The translations under genes were made by a program, and so were the position numbers. From a virus (taxonomy: Duplodnaviria > Caudoviricetes), in IMG/VR virus record IMGVR_UViG_3300038674_000278, positions 1-28,232 of that record: DNA of 28,232 nt, one strand, 5' to 3'. The notes under the pieces are model-generated. The model made no database searches and had not been told where the DNA came from. It saw nothing but the letters and a program-made list of their open reading frames with translations. Of this stretch, positions 26,164-28,232 are shown piece by piece; within the stretch, counting starts at the first letter, position 1; every line of letters begins with the position of its first letter.

Positions 26164-26598
26164 ATGTTATACGAATTTTGTTCAGAGCGTCAATTTGTCT
26201 TCACCATAGAAGTAGACGGGAAATCTCGCCTCGTAGAGTTTTCCGAACGCAATCAGTTTGGCGCAAGTGTATATCAGACCGCAGACAGCAAGGTGGCTGA
26301 TAAGATACGCAAAACAAGTATGGTTCGTGTTGGTCAGATTGTTGAGACAACCAAGATAACAGAAGCTCCCAAAGAGCGCGCTATCCTGAAGTCGATTACT
26401 ACACCAGCCTCTGAAAACCATACAGCCAAATCAGAGACAAGCGAAGGAATTACAGAGAAGACGTTTCCGAGCATTACGCAGGCTCGTGAGTTTATTGTCT
26501 CGACTTTCGGCATCCCCAAGGCTCAACTAAAAAAGCCTGAAACACTGAGCCAGGTAGCAGAAGAGCACGGTATCAAGCTGGTCATCAAACAAGAGTAA
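26164..26598 (+). CDS. Hypothetical protein (head-gene cluster)
   Basis: 144-aa ORF with two small domains joined by a T/S/E linker; 1 nt from the next gene. Confidence 0.75.
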   Translation: MLYEFCSERQFVFTIEVDGKSRLVEFSERNQFGASVYQTADSKVADKIRKTSMVRVGQIVETTKITEAPKERAILKSITTPASENHTAKSETSEGITEKTFPSITQAREFIVSTFGIPKAQLKKPETLSQVAEEHGIKLVIKQE

Positions 26599-26599
26599 T

Positions 26600-27325
26600 A
26601 TGAAAATCGCCGTAGATACATTGCTTAACATGTGCCACATTGCATTAGACGAGGTGCGTATTGGTGCTGATGATGATTTCAGTGAAGATCTCAGGTCGGA
26701 GTTGAGCCAATGCCTGCTATTGTCGTGCGACGAGCTTGTACTTTCGGCGCCAGCTGATCGGCTCATGCCGCAACCCGTTGTTGCTGTAGTAAGTGGTCCG
26801 GAAGACTATGACGCCATCAGGACAGAATACACAGACGGACATGGCAGCTTGATTATCCCTAACGATTTCTTGCGCCTCTACGAGTTGAGGCTGCGGAGCT
26901 GGCAGGGCACAGTAAGGACGCTTCTTGATCCAGGGAGTGAACAAGCAAAGATGCAAAATAGCCGGTGGACTCGTGGCACACCTCAGAAGCCAATGGCCAT
27001 GCAGGAAACCGACGGCCAGGGCCGACGTGTTATTACCTACTGGACTGCCGGCCGATACAGCTCTCCACAGCCTGAGAATGTTCAAAGTGTATATGACCAT
27101 TGGATTGAACGGTTTACCTATCTCCCACAAACCAAGATTATTGATGAAGACGAAACATCAACAAGCGACACTGGAGAAACCACTACAACCAAGGTACAAT
27201 ATCTGGTTTGCGCCTTAACAGATGACAGCGTAAAAAACCTAATCTATCGTGCTGTTAGCAAGTTCTTAATATCGAAGAAAGAAAGCACAGTAGCAGAGCA
27301 GATGCAACAGCTTAGTACATTTTAA
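26600..27325 (+). CDS. Probable head-tail adaptor / tail tubular protein
   Basis: 241 aa. The IPNDFLRL motif (P.D.LR) and N- and C-terminal helices are typical of podovirus adaptors. Position is after the capsid gene. Confidence 0.55.
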   Translation: MKIAVDTLLNMCHIALDEVRIGADDDFSEDLRSELSQCLLLSCDELVLSAPADRLMPQPVVAVVSGPEDYDAIRTEYTDGHGSLIIPNDFLRLYELRLRSWQGTVRTLLDPGSEQAKMQNSRWTRGTPQKPMAMQETDGQGRRVITYWTAGRYSSPQPENVQSVYDHWIERFTYLPQTKIIDEDETSTSDTGETTTTKVQYLVCALTDDSVKNLIYRAVSKFLISKKESTVAEQMQQLSTF

Positions 27326-27349
27326 TAAGACATAAAAAATAATTAGTAT

Positions 27350-28232
27350 ATGAGCGTAGACACGACCTCTCCTCATTATAAGGGGAAATATAACAGTATC
27401 TATGAAGTCAACCAAGCCTATCCTAATGGTGCCAGTGATGGTGACTATGTAGATATAGACGGTTGGGCTCATTATTGGAACCCTGACCGTGGTACCTGGA
27501 GCGTTAACGAAAAACGTGATGAATACTGGGACGAGCTATTAACAAGCATCATAAGTAATGTTGATACATTCCAGTCGTTGCTTAACAGCGAAAGTAATAA
27601 TCGCATTAACGCTGACGCAGAGATCAAGGGCCTACTCACCTCTCTCCAAAACAATCTCAACGCTGCTTTATCCAGCGAGATACAGGACCGGCAAAATGCT
27701 GATACCGCACTCAGTTCGACACTGAGCGCATTACAAACTACTTTGACTTCACTTACTACAGATGGCGCCGGTAATGCCATAGGTAGTGTAAGGGAAGTTA
27801 TTAATTTTCTTGCGGGCAGCAAAGATACTGACACGCTGGTACAGTTACTGAGTCAGGTCAATAATACCATTACCGACAGTGTTAATAATCTTACCTCTAA
27901 GATTACAGAACAATCGAACAAAGAAACGCAGGATATTAGTGATCTAAACACGCGATTAGACACTATCAACACGAGAATAGGAGACCTCGAGGAGCAAGAG
28001 AGTACAGACATTGCAAATGTCAACCAGGCGATAACTACCAAGGTAGATGCTGCAAAGTCAGAAGTAAACCAAACAATATCTAACGTTAGAACTTCGTTAG
28101 AGGGTTCAATTTCTGGTGTACAGCAAACTCTGGAGGAGGAAATCGATAACACACAGACGGAGCTGGAAGGCCAAATATCTGCTGTGCAGACCTCCGTCAA
28201 TAATCTTGCTGCAAAAAGGGACCAACCTAACG
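27350..28232 (+). CDS. Tail-fibre-like coiled-coil protein (3' end outside the window; absent from the ORF track)
   Basis: Own translation: MSVDTTSPHYKGKYNSIYEVNQAYPNG...ESNNRINADAEI...EIQDRQNADTAL...AIGSVREVINFL..., with no stop seen up to the window end. A-rich leader and ExxxRxxAD heptad motifs. Confidence 0.75.
   Translation, partial: MSVDTTSPHYKGKYNSIYEVNQAYPNGASDGDYVDIDGWAHYWNPDRGTWSVNEKRDEYWDELLTSIISNVDTFQSLLNSESNNRINADAEIKGLLTSLQNNLNAALSSEIQDRQNADTALSSTLSALQTTLTSLTTDGAGNAIGSVREVINFLAGSKDTDTLVQLLSQVNNTITDSVNNLTSKITEQSNKETQDISDLNTRLDTINTRIGDLEEQESTDIANVNQAITTKVDAAKSEVNQTISNVRTSLEGSISGVQQTLEEEIDNTQTELEGQISAVQTSVNNLAAKRDQPN

Larger units (their letters stand above)
1..28232. mobile_element. 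Tailed dsDNA phage/prophage segment (head, packaging and giant virion-protein modules), probable Bacteroidota host
   Basis: Large terminase, portal-like, capsid-like, adaptor-like and fibre-like genes, plus a DarB-like giant protein. No cellular housekeeping genes. TAnnTTTG promoter boxes in intergenic regions. Confidence 0.93.

Noticed and set aside
27819-27827. Another GCAAAGATA (antisense -7-like) in the fibre gene
   Set aside because: It lacks the extended CGAAA match and any associated structure; a short motif like this is expected by chance in 28 kb.
27472-28200. Minus-strand ORFs of 120 and 115 aa
   Set aside because: They are shadows of the plus-strand fibre-like gene starting at 27350.

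Overview
The whole window is part of a tailed dsDNA phage or prophage. The host is most likely Bacteroidota, inferred from repeated TAnnTTTG promoter boxes and A-rich leaders without Shine-Dalgarno sites. The first 17.4 kb is the 5'-truncated gene for a giant (>5,790 aa) polyvalent, DarB-like protein. It contains a pyrophosphatase-like domain, two predicted PBECR/Barnase-RelE-type RNase modules, an N6-adenine methyltransferase, an SNF2-type helicase and an HExxxH peptidase. Downstream lie a degenerate HAD-like gene, the portal, an opposite-strand operon (hypothetical, rhomboid protease, large terminase, hypothetical), a probable scaffold, the major capsid protein, an adaptor-like gene and a 3'-truncated fibre-like gene. 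Main points of interest: (1) a phage rhomboid intramembrane protease coupled to terL, near a capsid protein that starts with a signal-peptide-like anchor; (2) an identical 14-nt antisense promoter, read in different frames, behind each RNase module, each followed by foldable small-RNA-like sequence; (3) two overprinted +1-frame genes inside the giant ORF, one with its own consensus promoter; (4) modules of the giant gene bounded by direct repeats; (5) a shared 20-bp motif at identical spacing in both structural-gene promoters. All calls come from reading motifs by eye; no searches or folding programs were run.
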